Below the pieces are notes generated by a model. The model did no database searches, was not told the origin of the DNA, and was given only the letters and a program-made list of their open reading frames with translations. From NCBI RefSeq assembly GCF_018350175.1, contig NC_058368.1, positions 97,032,001 through 97,096,000 of the forward strand: a stretch of 64,000 nucleotides of DNA. Reading direction: 5' to 3'. This document shows, one piece after another, positions 11,771-24,016 of the stretch. Each line of letters opens with the position of its first letter. Within the stretch, counting starts at the first letter, position 1. The position numbers were made by a program, and so were the translations under genes. Source of the stretch: Felis catus. Taxonomy: Eukaryota.

Positions 11771-12859
11771 TAAAAATATCTTTTAAAACTAACTTAAAAC
11801 CTAGTCATTTTTTTCTATGTTATCAAAATTCTATTTGACAACAGAAATATATCATTCATACTTTAAGCTTCCAACCAAATTAGGATAGCCTGAGACTTGT
11901 GATGTAGTCAAAAGTTAAGTTGGTTTTTGACTCTACAATAAATACTCCTTCTATAGATTTTTAGCATGACCCTCCCTTAAAATCAGAAGTACAGATAGCA
12001 ACACAAACTATAAGCAGCATCACAATGCCTCAGACTGATAAGTCAAACACTTGTAACCCAAAAGTAAAGTTTTATGTGTGTGTTGCTTTTTAAGTTTCAA
12101 AGATTTTGCCTTTATCCTCAATCTGGGCAACTTACGACATTTTCTACAAAACATTTTTGGAAGGTAAGTTGAACTCATGAAACTGTTGTCAAAACCTTGC
12201 ACTTTCTCTCTTCTCCCTCTGTGCCACTCCCTCCTCCTCTGCCCCCAACTCCCCATAAACACACACATAGGCACACACACACATATTATACACTTTCTTT
12301 CCAGGATGGCCCATCTATTATGACATTTTCTCTAAAAAAATTTCTTTCAGATCCAATTTGCCTTCACAAAAGCCCAATTGAGAGAGATCACATCCCTGGA
12401 ATGGCCAAGATTATCATGATGCCATAAACAGAAACAAGAGCGAAGAGCCCTAGCAAACAGTCCCTACTGGGGGACAAGAGATGACCCCTTTCAGCTGAGC
12501 TCCTCCGCAATGATGCTCTCTGCCTGCACATTGAGGGACATGCAGCACTCAGGGTAGTTTTATGTGAGGGAAGGCCACTGTGAGCCAGGCAACCCAGAGT
12601 TGAGTTTCAGACCAAACTGAAAACTAGAAAGAGTGCCATGGTCTGTCCCCCACACAGCTGTGTGATTACCGTCCCACCTCCCCCATGCCACTCATGAACT
12701 TCAAGAGACATCCAGCCATTATGGGTGGCCCTGAACAGCTGATCCACCAGCTTTGCCACAAAAGGGAGTGCTAGCAGCCCTTTACAGTGACTGGATCCTG
12801 TTGTGCAAGGTGGGTGGGGGGGTGTGCAAACATGGGCCATTGGATGGGTCTCTCAACAG

Positions 12860-13830
12860 GGCAGTGTGCCTGCAGCCATATTCCATACAGCAGCTGCAGT
12901 AATGTCTTCAAAACAGACATCAGACCATGTCACTCCCCTTATCAGTATCCCCCAGTGGCCTTCCATTATTCATGGGATGAAAATCCAAATTTGTAAGCAG
13001 GGTGAGCTAGACTCTTGTCTAGACCATGGTGGGCTCCTCTTGGGTGGCCTCCATCATTGGGCCTCCAATCATTGGCTTCCCCTGCCTTCCTGCTTCTGGT
13101 TCCTTTCACCAGCAGGAGGAATCCATGGGAGCTTTGAAACATGGAGGGGAATGAAGGGATCGTTCCCCCCGCCCCCCATAAGCCTCCTCCCTGCCAGTTC
13201 ACAGTCACCAGCCCTGGGATACTGCACTAACCCCTGTTGCTTTACCTTAACCCTGCCCACATCAAAACCTTCTCCAAATAACCCAATTTTAGTGTGCCTT
13301 TGGTTTCCTGCCACATATGGCCTAAAATGCCCTGAATGATCTGACCTTTGCCTCCTATTCCCACTTCATATTATTGAAACTACTCTCACTCACCTCCTCC
13401 CAAGCCACTTGGGCTTTCTCTATGGTTCTTAAATATTTCAAGCTTGTCCCTATCCCTAGACCTTTGTCTTTGCCTAAACTATCCCCTCTACCCTACCCCA
13501 CTCCCAGCCATTTACATGCCTGTCCTCCCCATCTTTCAGGGATCAAGAATTCTCTCCTCAGGCCTTCCCACACCACCCACCCCATCAATCTCTACAACAT
13601 CACACTGCCTTTTTTGTTTTTAAAGCACAGAGAACTATCTAAAATGTCCTGTTTATTTCTTTGCTTATTTAGTTTCTGTCTCTCTTCTCTTGCTCTCCAA
13701 GACAGCAAGTATTTTCTTGTCTCCTTCCTGTTCACCCCTTTAAACTCTGAACCAGAACCATTCCTGATACATAGAAATGATTACACAAAATGATACACAA
13801 AATCATTTTATCTTGAATTAATAAATAGCA
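12860..13830 (+). mobile_element. L2 3' remnant interrupted by an LTR
   Basis: L2-like text (CAGACCATGTCACTCCCC...; CT-rich 3' region ending TTGAATTAATAAA) on both sides of the LTR. Confidence 0.6.
12992..13315 (+). mobile_element. ERVL solo LTR remnant (LTR33-like)
   Basis: Starts TGT; 3' end CCCTGCCCACA...CAAATAACCCAATTTTAGTGTGCC...GTTTCCTGCC resembles LTR33 as recalled. Confidence 0.55.
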
Positions 13831-13964
13831 TATAATATGTTCAATCTACCATGGGAGAAAGGGAATAGAGCTACAGAGAGGCCAGGTTGAAGAAAATCAT
13901 TAAACCTATCCTGGAAAGTTTTAAGTAGTCTTTCAAGAGTAGCAGATTATTAAATTATCAATGA

Positions 13965-14220
13965 TTTTTCTCAATCAATAAGTACTTCAATCAATAAATG
14001 CCAGTCATTGGGAAAACCACAGTAAGCAAGATAGATCTGACCCTCCATGGGGTGTATAGCAATTTGGTAAGAGAGATAAGTGGACAAGGAATCAAGGGTA
14101 TAACAACTCCCTTTGGGAAAGTATAGGGTAATATGAGACACAAAGAGAGGGCCAAGGAGACTCCAAAGGCAGAGACTCCTAGACTTAACCGACCCAAAAG
14201 ACCACACACTCTCAGTGGGT
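13965..14220 (-). mobile_element. L2 3' end remnant
   Basis: TCAATCAATAAGTA... start followed by purine-rich L2-antisense text. Confidence 0.45.
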
Positions 14221-14691
14221 AGAGGGACAGAGGAAACCAAGGCTTTGCAGAAATATCCACTACCATACAGAGTGAGACATGTTATTGAGTACATCTCTAC
14301 CTACTCACATACCACCCAGTCCTCCTCTGGGCCCTCCACACCTGGGAGCATTATATTTATTGGTGAGGAACCTCCTTTCTATGTCATTGAACTGTGGTTC
14401 ATACATATTATCTCCAGCTCTCTCATCAGTGTTTTAGAACAGGAGTCATGTTTTATCGCTCTCGGCACACATCACAACACCCAGCAGAGGGAAGGAGGTG
14501 AAATCACCTCCCCCCAAAATAAGGTTTGAGTGCAACCAAAGGTCCACTAAACAAAACCAATAATACATACAGCCTTTGTATCTTATCTAGGAATAATGAA
14601 TTGAGTCTGATTATATAATTCTTTTAAAGGGTTGATGGAAATACTACAACACTGTGTTGTAATATTTAATACTTAAAAACAAGAAATCCAG

Positions 14692-14920
14692 GGGGCACCT
14701 GGGTGGCTCATTCAGTTAGACCTCCAACTTTGGCTCAGGTCATGATTTCACAGTTCACAAGTTCCAGCCCTGTGTCAGGCTCTGTGCTGACAGCTCGGAG
14801 CCTGGAGCCTGCCTCAGATTCTCTGTCTCCCTCTCTCTCTCTGCCCCTCTCCTGCTCATGCTCAGTCTCTCTCTGTCTCTCAAAAATAAATAAACATGAA
14901 AAAAAAGAGAGAGAGAAAAA
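14692..14920 (+). mobile_element. CAN-SINE
   Basis: Canonical head and tail; TSD AAGAAATCCAGG at 14681-14692 and 14921-14932. Confidence 0.96.
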
Positions 14921-14936
14921 AAGAAATCCAGGATCT

Positions 14937-15044
14937 CTTTTTTTAAAGATTTTCTTTTTAAGCAATTTCTACACCCAATATGGGGATTGAACTCACAACC
15001 CCAAGATCAAGAGTCTCATGCTCCAATGAGTTAACCAGGTGCTC
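14937..15044 (-). mobile_element. Short older CAN-SINE (tRNA head plus short tail)
   Basis: GAACTCACAACCCCAAGATCAAGAGTC...CCAGGTGCTC; TCCAGGATCT flanks both sides. Confidence 0.85.
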
Positions 15045-16407
15045 TTCCAGGATCTATTTTTTCACTCCAAAAGAAAATACTTAGGTCTATTTCTCTGAAT
15101 AAGGAATCTGCATGCGGTTCCCATCAGGGCAGCAAGAGGCAGGATGATGAAAGTGGTGAAACCTTGGGTGGGTCTTCAAATACCAAGGTGAGAACCTGCC
15201 AGTCAGACCACCTCGGCCACTAAGGCTTATTTGTGATGTCACAAGACAGGCCCTTGTAAGGTGAAAATCACCCAGGTATTCACACTGCCTCGCAACAGAA
15301 AAGAAATCAGAGAACTGTCGAACACTTGGCCTCCAGCTTTAGCCCACTTTCTGCCATTTCTACGTGAAGTCACTCAAGACCTGTCGGATTAAATGACTTC
15401 CCAAGGCCACACACACAGCCTGTGAAGGGCAGAAGGGGAAACAGAGTCACCAGGGTAACCCCACGACTCTTTTGAGGAAAAGAGCTCAGTTATTTGGTCA
15501 CTGGAAAGCTGGGAAAACAGTCTCTCATTGCTCACAGCTTTCCTCTGGAATCTGCAGCAGCCACACGCCTGAGGTAAATTGGCTTAACAGAGTTTCTTGA
15601 GGCGCGGTTGTCACCTTGTCTGAATGGCATGAGGTGATTCTCAGAAAGGGAAAACAAATGAGGAGTTTCTGGCTCAGTGCTGAGGAAAGTTGAAACCCAT
15701 TCAACCCTCAGCTTTTCAGCATTGCTAGTGTATCCTTTTAACGGTGATTGCTTCAACAAGCATTGTTGAACTGCATTAAGTCGGGATCAATCCATCGCAC
15801 AGCTCTGAGCCTACAAATGCATGTTGCAGTGCGTTTCAGAAATGACTCACTGAATCCATCTTTTTTCCTCTAAAAAGCATACAGGAATCGGTCTTTCCCT
15901 GAGATGAACTCACAATTTGAGCCAAAAGTGGATCCCCCACCTTTTATACGGACCACCTCCTCAATTTCACCCCCTATCCTCCTTCTATTTCAGCCAAAGT
16001 CCCCATAACAAGAGCGGAAAGGGAAATTCGTCTTCCTCCCAGGCTGCGGCTTTGACTAGGACCCCCACCTGCTACCAAGCTTCACCTCAATCCTTGTTAT
16101 ATCCAAAGGACACTTCAGGCAATGACTGAAGGAAAGTAGGGTGAAAGCGGACAGTAGGACAGAGATAATGTCTACACGGTGTACGTTTAAGAACATTAAT
16201 GGGATCAGAGGCAAAGCACTCAAGGTCTTGAGCCTGCATATCAACAAAGGAGGAAGAAGAGGCCAGCTGTGGGTTCAGGGGTTGGCAGGGAGATGGGGTA
16301 TGCCCTGCCCTGATCTGCTGTGGAGTTACCCAAGGGAGCCTCGCAGCAAAGCTCCCCTAGCATGCATGGGGCTTTCCCCTTTACTCAGACTGCCCAAATA
16401 TGTTTTC

Positions 16408-16556
16408 TTTTTTTTTTTAATATGAAATTTATTGTCAAATTGGTTTCCATGCAACACCCAGTGCTCATCCCAACAGGTGCACTCCTCAATGCCCATCACC
16501 CACCCCCCATCAACCCTCAGTTTATTCTCAGTTTTTAAGAGTCTCTTATGCTTTGG
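16408..16556 (-). mobile_element. 5'-truncated L1 3' end
   Basis: Reverse complement of the L1 3'UTR seen at 8400-8550; degenerate TSD CCAAATATGTTTTC / CCAAGTACGTTTTC. Confidence 0.93.
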
Positions 16557-18146
16557 CCAAGTACGTTTTCAAAGATGACCCAGAACATCTAGAGCACCCC
16601 AGCGACACTGCATTGGTAAACCAGGAGTCGCACAGCAACAGCTCTACTCACATAACGGAACAAGTCACACACCACAGGGGACAAGCCGAAAACAACTGAT
16701 GCTTCATTTGCTACCCATTCAAACCTCATCTGCACGCTCATTCTTCCCTGCCTCTTGGAGGAAATCTCCGGAAAAGCCCTCAATTTTTTTTTTCAGTTTG
16801 ATTGAAGCACAAGAACAGTTTTGTTTTGGCAATGATTGCCTACTCAAACACGAAAATCAACACCAAACTATCTAATTTAGAGTCCCTTTCCATCTCCACT
16901 GTTGTTGTTTAGGCCTAGAAATAAATGTAAGGGGGGTGGAGGGGAGGCCTGCTGCACTGGCTCTCATGTTCCCAGCTTTACACTTCCAGGCCTCCTCTCT
17001 CGAGCCAGAGTCCAGCCCAAGGGAGGAAGGCACTCAGGAATTGGACACAGTCTGAGCCTGGCTGGTGATCCAACATTTGGCGATCATTAACCCTGCTCTT
17101 TGTCTCGTGAGGTCAGTGGAGGGGAACGCGGAGACCCCCTGGAAGCAAGGTCTCAGATGTGGGTGATGCCACCTCCACTGACAGGCCACTTCTGACCCTC
17201 TCAGCTCCCCGACCCCCAGCAGACCACCCATGCAGACTCTCCTGTGTTGTCATATCACCTGGGCTCCCTGGCCACATCCTGGTCAGCTCCCCTCCGCCGC
17301 CAGCCTTGCAGACCCACACGCACCCCACGAAGACGCATGCCTTTGGTCTTGCTACTGAAGGGGGAGAAATGGCTCCCACGTAGGCTTCTGAGGGTGTCGT
17401 GCTACCAGGTACACAGCTCTAGCTACCTCCTCAGCAGTGGTGAGACACCCATCCCTCGTGCCCACGGACTCCACAGGAGAGCTGGCAACCTGCGAGCGGA
17501 CTTCTTGAAACCCCTCTCAGCGTGAGATGAGGGCGGTGAGGGGGGAGGGAAGAGAAGCCCATGGCTCTTCCATGGTCTTCCCCCTCCTTTCAGCCCCTCT
17601 CTTGGGTGCCCTCCAGGTCAGGTGGTGAAACCGATTTTCAGCCACTTCCTCAGCCAGTCCTGCGTGGGAGATCTGACACTCACTTTGAAATGTGGGGTTT
17701 CTGTTGTTTTCTACTCGGCCCTTAGGACCTCAGCAAAAATTAAGACTCCCATTTTGACAGCTGATTACATAATCACAGTACTGCCTGCTGTCAAATGGAT
17801 CCCTTACCTGAGTCTGGGCGGAAGTGAAAAATAGAAATCTTACTTAGATAACCGACCCCTGTACTTACATATGAAGGTTCTTGCCTTTGAAAAAGTTCCC
17901 GGCCCGATTGTTCTAGATAGACCTCACTGTTACAGATGGCACAGGATAGTATCGAGTGCCTAATGGAATCTGATGGGATTCCCCCCCCACCCCGGTTTTC
18001 TCAGCTTTAATTACTAAGGGCCATAGCTGTGAACAAAGGCATTAAGCAACCACATTCCAGGGCAGAGAATTTCCATTAGTTGTGGCCAACTCCACCTCAC
18101 TGTGTCTTGCCTTCTCTCTTTCTATTTCTCTGTCTCTGTCTGTCTG

Positions 18147-18158
<12 letters not shown>

Positions 18159-18202
<44 letters not shown>
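18159..18202. repeat. (AC)n microsatellite
   Basis: Uninterrupted AC run preceded by a CT-rich tract. Confidence 0.98.
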
Positions 18203-18205
<3 letters not shown>

Positions 18206-18689
18206 TATGCAACAAATTACCACAAAGTTAGTAACTTCAAACAACACACATTTATTCTCTTATAGTTCTAGAGGGCGGAAGCCCAGTACCAGTTTCACTG
18301 GATCAGAATCGAAGTGTCAAGAAGGCCACACTCCTCCCAGAGGCCTCCTGGGGAGAATCTGCTTCCCGCCTTTTCTAGCGCCTAGAGCTGCATTTCTTGG
18401 CCTATGGTCCAACCTCCATCTTCAAGACCAGAAGCACAACATTTTGCTTCAGTCACCACATGACCTCTGACCCTCCAGTCAAATCTTGCTCAGCTGCCCC
18501 TCAGAGGAACACTGGTGATTCCATTTAGGTCCCATGGGGATAATCCAGGCAATGTCCCCATCTCAGGGTCCTTAATTTTAATGACATCTTCACAGTCCCC
18601 TTTGTCATCTAAGAGCTACCAGGATTCAAAGACAGCCTCCCAAGATCAGGACCTGGATATCAGTGGGGGGCATTATTCAGTTTTCCACA
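18203..18689 (-). mobile_element. MLT1 (ERVL-MaLR) solo LTR, MLT1D-like
   Basis: AACAAATTACCACAAA...ATTTATT...ATAATCCAGG..AATGTCCCCATCTCAGGGTCCTTAA...CATTATTCAG..CCACA; the reverse complement begins TGTGG...CTGAATAATGCCCC as in MLT1 LTRs. Confidence 0.8.
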
Positions 18690-20537
18690 AGGAAAAGTAG
18701 TGTTCAGGGAAAGAGAATGCTCTCTCCCCGGCTCCTGCCTCAAAGCCAAGTAAGAGAGACCTCTAAAAAATCAGGCACGTGGATGACACTATCAACTGTC
18801 ACTGGGCTCAAACCATGCTCTCTTACTTGTGCAAGTGTAAAGGTTGAAAAGCTACACATTCACCCTGGTGGCTTCCTCGAGAGCCAGAGATCCCATGTGG
18901 CAGAGCTCTAGCCAATGAGACCTATCCGGAAATCTCACAATGCCAGCCACCCTCTTCTTCCTGGCCTTGGAGATGGGAGGGGAGAGCAGAAACTACAGCA
19001 GCCACCTCTGAGGGAAAGCTCAGGAGACTGGCCGAGGTGTTGGCCCTGACACCTCTGAGTCACTAAACTGGTTCCAACCACCAGGGACACCCGTGGGTGA
19101 GATCACCAGCTTTGGGGTCAGGCTGATAGAGACAGATCCCAGCCCCACTTCTCAATGGCTGAGTGACCTGGCGAAAAATCACTCATCTTTTCCTCCTGTC
19201 ATCACGAAGAGGAAATGAGCTCATGCAAATCAACACCCAGCATAAGCACTCGGCACCTATTAGCTACGGCATTCTTTCTAACCCAACCCAATTAAAAGTG
19301 TGTGCCAATTCCTTACTGAGAAGGGAATTCACAATTAATATAATTAATATAGTCAATTCTGCCAAAACACACGATGCAGAAACTTCAAGTCCTATGGCCT
19401 ATCCAGGGACAAAAGGAACCAGAGAGCAAATGGAATCCAAGAGGTCTGGGCACCAGCTGCTGAACTGGGGAGAGACTGGGGTTTTCTACCTGTAGCACAG
19501 CAGCCACTGGCGTCTGCTGAGCACAGCACCCAGACCTCCACGTCCACCCACACCACAGTCAGAGTCCCTGAAAACCCTCTCTCATTTTGCCCCAGTCACA
19601 GGAATGGGATGAGAGAGTTTCCGGGACACAAGACCAGAGCTTAATTTTCCCTTAAAAAAAAAAAAAAAAAAAAAAAGCAAGATGACCATTTTCTTTAAAC
19701 ACAGGCAAGATGACTTCTTTAGGGTCGTTAGAAGGAGTGCATCATTCCAATGCTCTTTCTATTTATGGGTTGCTGAAACAGGGCCACATGGATTCAGGGA
19801 CATGATTTTCAAGACAAAATGGGCATCAAAGGAGAATAAGCGAACAATCTAATTTTGGCCATTATTAGGACATCTCATTATTGTCCCCTCTTGCTAAGAT
19901 ACACCTGTGGCTCTCTAGGAGTGTTTTCTCCACCGACACCCTAAAATAACTCACCCTGGGGAAGACAATGTGCATTGTAGAGAGTGTGTGGGTTGCAGAG
20001 AAAATGCCAGGTCCCTAGGCACTCACTGCAGTGGGTGGGGGGCACAAAATTTGGACAGCTGAGGGGGTCAGCCAGGCAGAAAGGGGGCTATGAGCAGGGG
20101 CTAGAGTGGACAAGAGCATGATAAGTGAACCACCAGGAAAAGAAGATGGCCTGACTGGTGGAGAAGCAGCAGCAAATCCAATGTCAGCAGAAATAAGCTT
20201 GGACAGATGGGGGGAGTGACATGAAAATGAGCAGTGAACTATAAAACTTTTTATTCCCCAGAGAACGAAGAAGGCAGTGTAACATCTGGGACATTTCTCA
20301 TGTGGCCATTTGGGATTGCCGATCTTTTTCTAGGGGTCTAAAATGATGGCCAGGATTGGTGGGACTTCCTGAGGGTACCCAGAAGGTTCCCATGGCTCCA
20401 GACCAATACGTAGGATTTCTGGGAACAGCAGAGCACCGTCACTTTGCAGTTTGGAGAAATTTAAAAGCATCTTACTACCACCCTCTGGAATAATGTGACC
20501 CAAAGACGTTCTGTTTGTAGTATTGCAAAATGTTCTC

Positions 20538-20563
20538 GTTTTTTTTCTTTTCTTTTTTCTTTT

Positions 20564-20621
<58 letters not shown>

Positions 20622-20690
20622 TTCCTTCCTTCCTTCCTTCCTTCCTTCCTTCCTTCCTTCCTTCCTTTCTTTCTTTCTTTTTTTTTTTTT
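20538..20690. repeat. Compound (TTTC)n(TTCC)n microsatellite
   Basis: Pure pyrimidine tetranucleotide arrays. Confidence 0.98.
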
Positions 20691-20826
20691 CGAGAAAGCC
20701 AACTCAGCATAAGCTCACCTTATCTCCTTCCTGTCGCTTGGAAGGACAAGAGCGCTTCAGGTAGGAAAATAAAGATGCTGCTATTAGGAAGCGCCAGTGG
20801 ACGAGTGGGATGTACTGGGGCCTCAC

Positions 20827-20850
20827 CTGATTTATCTTCACTAATGGCTT
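20827..20850 (-). other. Candidate 24-nt microexon of an unidentified minus-strand transcript
   Basis: Minus strand: tactcactgttgtctctctcctcctag|AAGCCATTAGTGAAGATAAATCAG|gtgagg, with a branch-like TACTCAC, a pyrimidine tract and a strong donor. Confidence 0.45.
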
Positions 20851-21439
20851 CTAGGAGGAGAGAGACAACAGTGAGTACAGATCACGTCGCAGGTAATGTT
20901 TTGCTTCACAGAATGCTTTGCCTCATTTTCCTGCTGCCTGTACAGGCTGCAAATGAGAAAGCGCCCAGCTGACAGCCTGCCTTCTGATTTATAGGAAAGG
21001 TCATTTAATCCCAAGTAAGCATTTTGCTCACTATGAAGCTGTCCCGTCTTTACCACCCCTCTCCCTGTTCCCTTTAGCTTTCCTGGAGACTGTGATCTGT
21101 ACCTGTAGCAGGAGCAAAATGGAAATATTCTAGTGATTATTGCTCAAGGTGACCTGATGGTGTGAATATGCAAAATTCTGAGGGGAGTAATTCAAGTCAT
21201 ATATCTATGACTCTCATAATTACTTTGAATATGAATATGATGATACTATACATTTGTCATGCATGTGGCTAGAATATTCATGGAATCAAACAGTAAACAC
21301 TATTTGGATCAATGAGATTTTCATCGAATATTTATGGTGTTCCCAAAGAAGAGCCTGGATTCTGGAAAATACAACAATATTAGGAAATGTAACCCATTTT
21401 CCCTTACTTAACTTCTGAGTTTTAAACTACTGTCATATA

Positions 21440-21658
21440 GGGGCGCCTGGGTGGCTCATTCGGTTAAGCATCAGACTTCGGCCCAGGTCATGATCTTGCA
21501 GTCCGTGAGTTCAAGCCCCGCGTCAGGCTCTGTGCTGACAGTTCAGAGCCTGGAGCCTGTTTCAGATTCTGTGTCTCCCTCTTTCTCTGAACCCTCCCCC
21601 ATTCATGCTCTGTCTCTCTCTGTCTCAAAAATAAATAAACGTTAAAAATAATAATAAT
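21440..21658 (+). mobile_element. Felid CAN-SINE
   Basis: Canonical; TSD AAACTACTGTCATATA. Confidence 0.97.
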
Positions 21659-21695
21659 AAACTACTGTCATATAATGAGTTTAAAAACTGCAGAG

Positions 21696-21852
21696 AGGAG
21701 CACCTGGGTGGCTCAGTTGGTTGAGCATCTGACTCTTACTTTTGGCTCAGTTCATGATCTCATGGTTTTTGAGTTTGAGCCCTACATCCAACTCTGCACT
21801 GACAGCAAGTAGCCTACTTGGGATTCTCTCTCTCTCTCTCTGCCCTGCCCCT

Positions 21853-21887
<35 letters not shown>

Positions 21888-21916
21888 ATAAATAAAAATA
21901 TTTTTTAAAATATACT
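21696..21916 (+). mobile_element. CAN-SINE
   Basis: Canonical head, (CT)n; TSD AAAAACTGCAGAGA / AAAAACTGCATAGA. Confidence 0.95.
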
Positions 21917-23492
21917 AAAAACTGCATAGAATTATTGTAGATAATTACAATACTTTTTAAAGTGTACCCTTTAACTGTAAATAATGACCTATTTCTCCTT
22001 CCAAGTACTTAATGACATCATTTTCAATTACCAGAAACCCCCAAGGATAGAAAATAACAGAATCTCAAGACAATTACCTTCCTTAGAAGCAGAACTGAAA
22101 CAAAAACAAAAACAAAACCACCGCCACCAGAGATATCAGAAAATAAATGAACAGAAAGAGATATTTACATCTCCTCAATAAAGGTCCATCATCAGAAAGC
22201 AAGAACATAAATAAAAGCAGAGAAGAACCCCTTGCACTTGCCCACAAAAAAAAAAAAAAAATTGCTGAAGTGTCCAGAACCTCACACTCTATAACACTTT
22301 CTATATTAAAATAGTCTATCACATCTGCCAAAAGACCAAGGTGAAAGCAGAAGGTCACTGGCGATCTTAGCTACTGTGTAACTGTTTGCCCAATACGAAA
22401 GTTATCAAGGAGGGTGTCCTGTGATTGGGACCTGGAGGAAGAGATCTGGCACAGTGGTCCAGCATGTGCACCTGTCAAAATCACAAGTAGGAACACCAGA
22501 CCTGTCCAGGGAAAGCTTGCCACGAAACCTCAGTAAAAGCCCCAGACTGTCTCAACCCAGTGCTCTGATTATTCCTCTTCAGGTTCTAAAGGCTTATTTT
22601 CAATTCAAACGGCCATTCACAAAATTAAATTGAGCCCATTTTGAAACCCAAATCTCATGAGACAATGTATGCCAAGATAATACTTCACCCTGTACAAATG
22701 TGTTCCTTTTCTTGCTTTCCCTTGATCCAATTCCATCAAAGCAGTTCAGTTGTGCAATTCTATTAAGACCATTATTTGTCTTGCATTTGACATATCCACT
22801 TGACTTGTGTATCAGCTAACCTGGGGGGAAGAAACCTTCCCTGAAGGCATTCCTGCCTTTCATGATAAATCGTTTCAGATTTCCCTTTGATATCCGCTCT
22901 GATATTTTGTTGATTTGGACCTCAGAACATCTTGTGATTTCTGGGGTTATTTTACCCTTCATAATAATACGGTTGCTTTGTATCAGAACAAATCTCTATA
23001 GATTTCTAAAAATAAGTTCAGTTTTAGCATTCACTGAGTTATGCTAATTCCCTAGCACCTGAAAATTTTGGTTCTTCTCCAAGGAATGGTCATCTGTCAT
23101 GGTTAACTTGCTTTCCAGAAATTTTTCATGTTAAAAAATATATGAGTTTACTCTTTCAGCCATGCAGAATCACCGTTTTACTTCAGGGACCTAACTGCCA
23201 CGGTAAGCATCCCAAGTCTGCAGAGTAGACCAAGGCTTGTTCTGGTATCCGTCTTTCCCAAAATGAGAGGCTCCTGAAAGTGGAAAGTGATATTTTGCTG
23301 AAATACATCTCGGCCACATTTCCCACAGTGAAAGACACTGGTCTTCAAAGCAGGCTATGGACACCCCGAAGGATAACACGAAGACACTCTGAGAAGTGTG
23401 AGGCAGATTATCAACCCTCAACTTCTCTAGGCACACGTTCTTAACGTTGGTTTCCGTGAACGGCGCCTTTCACAATACATGGCCAGTCTTAC

Positions 23493-23527
23493 CCCGGTCC
23501 GTTTTCCCAAAGGGCCAAACTGGGTAA
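23493..23527 (-). other. Candidate 35-nt exon of an unidentified minus-strand transcript
   Basis: Minus strand: cattcattttgtctcatttttcag|TTACCCAGTTTGGCCCTTTGGGAAAACGGACCGGG|gtaaga. Confidence 0.4.
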
Positions 23528-23635
23528 CTGAAAAATGAGACAAAATGAATGTTCTTTTAAGCAAAAGGCATCTTAACCATCTCCCCTAATACATTTCATT
23601 ATGGAATGCATTTTCAATAAAAATTTTACTTATGT

Positions 23636-23853
23636 GGGGCCCCTGAGGTGGCTCACTGGGTTGAGTGTCTGACTCTTGATTTCGGCTTAGGTCATGATCT
23701 TACAGTTTATGGGATCAAACCGCAGGTCGGGCTCTGTGCTAGTGCAGAGCCTGCTTTGGATTCTCTCTCTCCCTCTCCCTCTCTCTCTCTCTCTCTGCCT
23801 CTCCCCTGCTCTCTCCCCCTCCTTCTCTCTCAAAATAAATAAGTAAACTTTTC
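23636..23853 (+). mobile_element. CAN-SINE
   Basis: Diverged head, (CT)n, AATAAA; TSD TTTTACTTATGT / TTTTACTTCTGT. Confidence 0.93.
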
Positions 23854-24016
23854 AATTTTTACTTCTGTGTATGATAATTTATCACAGTTTGTAATAAATG
23901 CATGTTTTCTGATCCAGTGTGTATGAATTATTATAATGATAAGTCCATCTAGAAGAAAAGTATTCACATTTTAAAGCCTTAAGGTCATAAAAATTTTTTT
24001 TAATTTAAATGTATTT

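Noticed and set aside
14703..14990. Family of similar short ORFs (MAHSV.../MAQSVKRPTSAQVMIS...) recurring across the window
   Set aside because: All are translations of CAN-SINE copies, mostly from GTG starts; not a protein family.
17869..17912. 44-nt minus-strand exon ending at TAT|GTAAGT
   Set aside because: Poor pyrimidine tract at the acceptor, and it would leave only a 55-nt intron before the 17808-17813 unit, below the usual mammalian minimum.
20330..20972. Lys/Glu/Arg-rich and Phe/Leu/Ser-rich ORFs (also 31483-31821 and the Tyr/Ile-rich ORFs at 53429-54637)
   Set aside because: Stop-free translations of microsatellites and minisatellites.
15538..23210. Plus-strand pseudo-exons (e.g. 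36 nt near 15538-15573 and short units ending at ACG|GTAAGC near 23202)
   Set aside because: No supporting context or recognisable peptide; noted as evidence that exon-like pairs arise by chance, which tempers the microexon findings.
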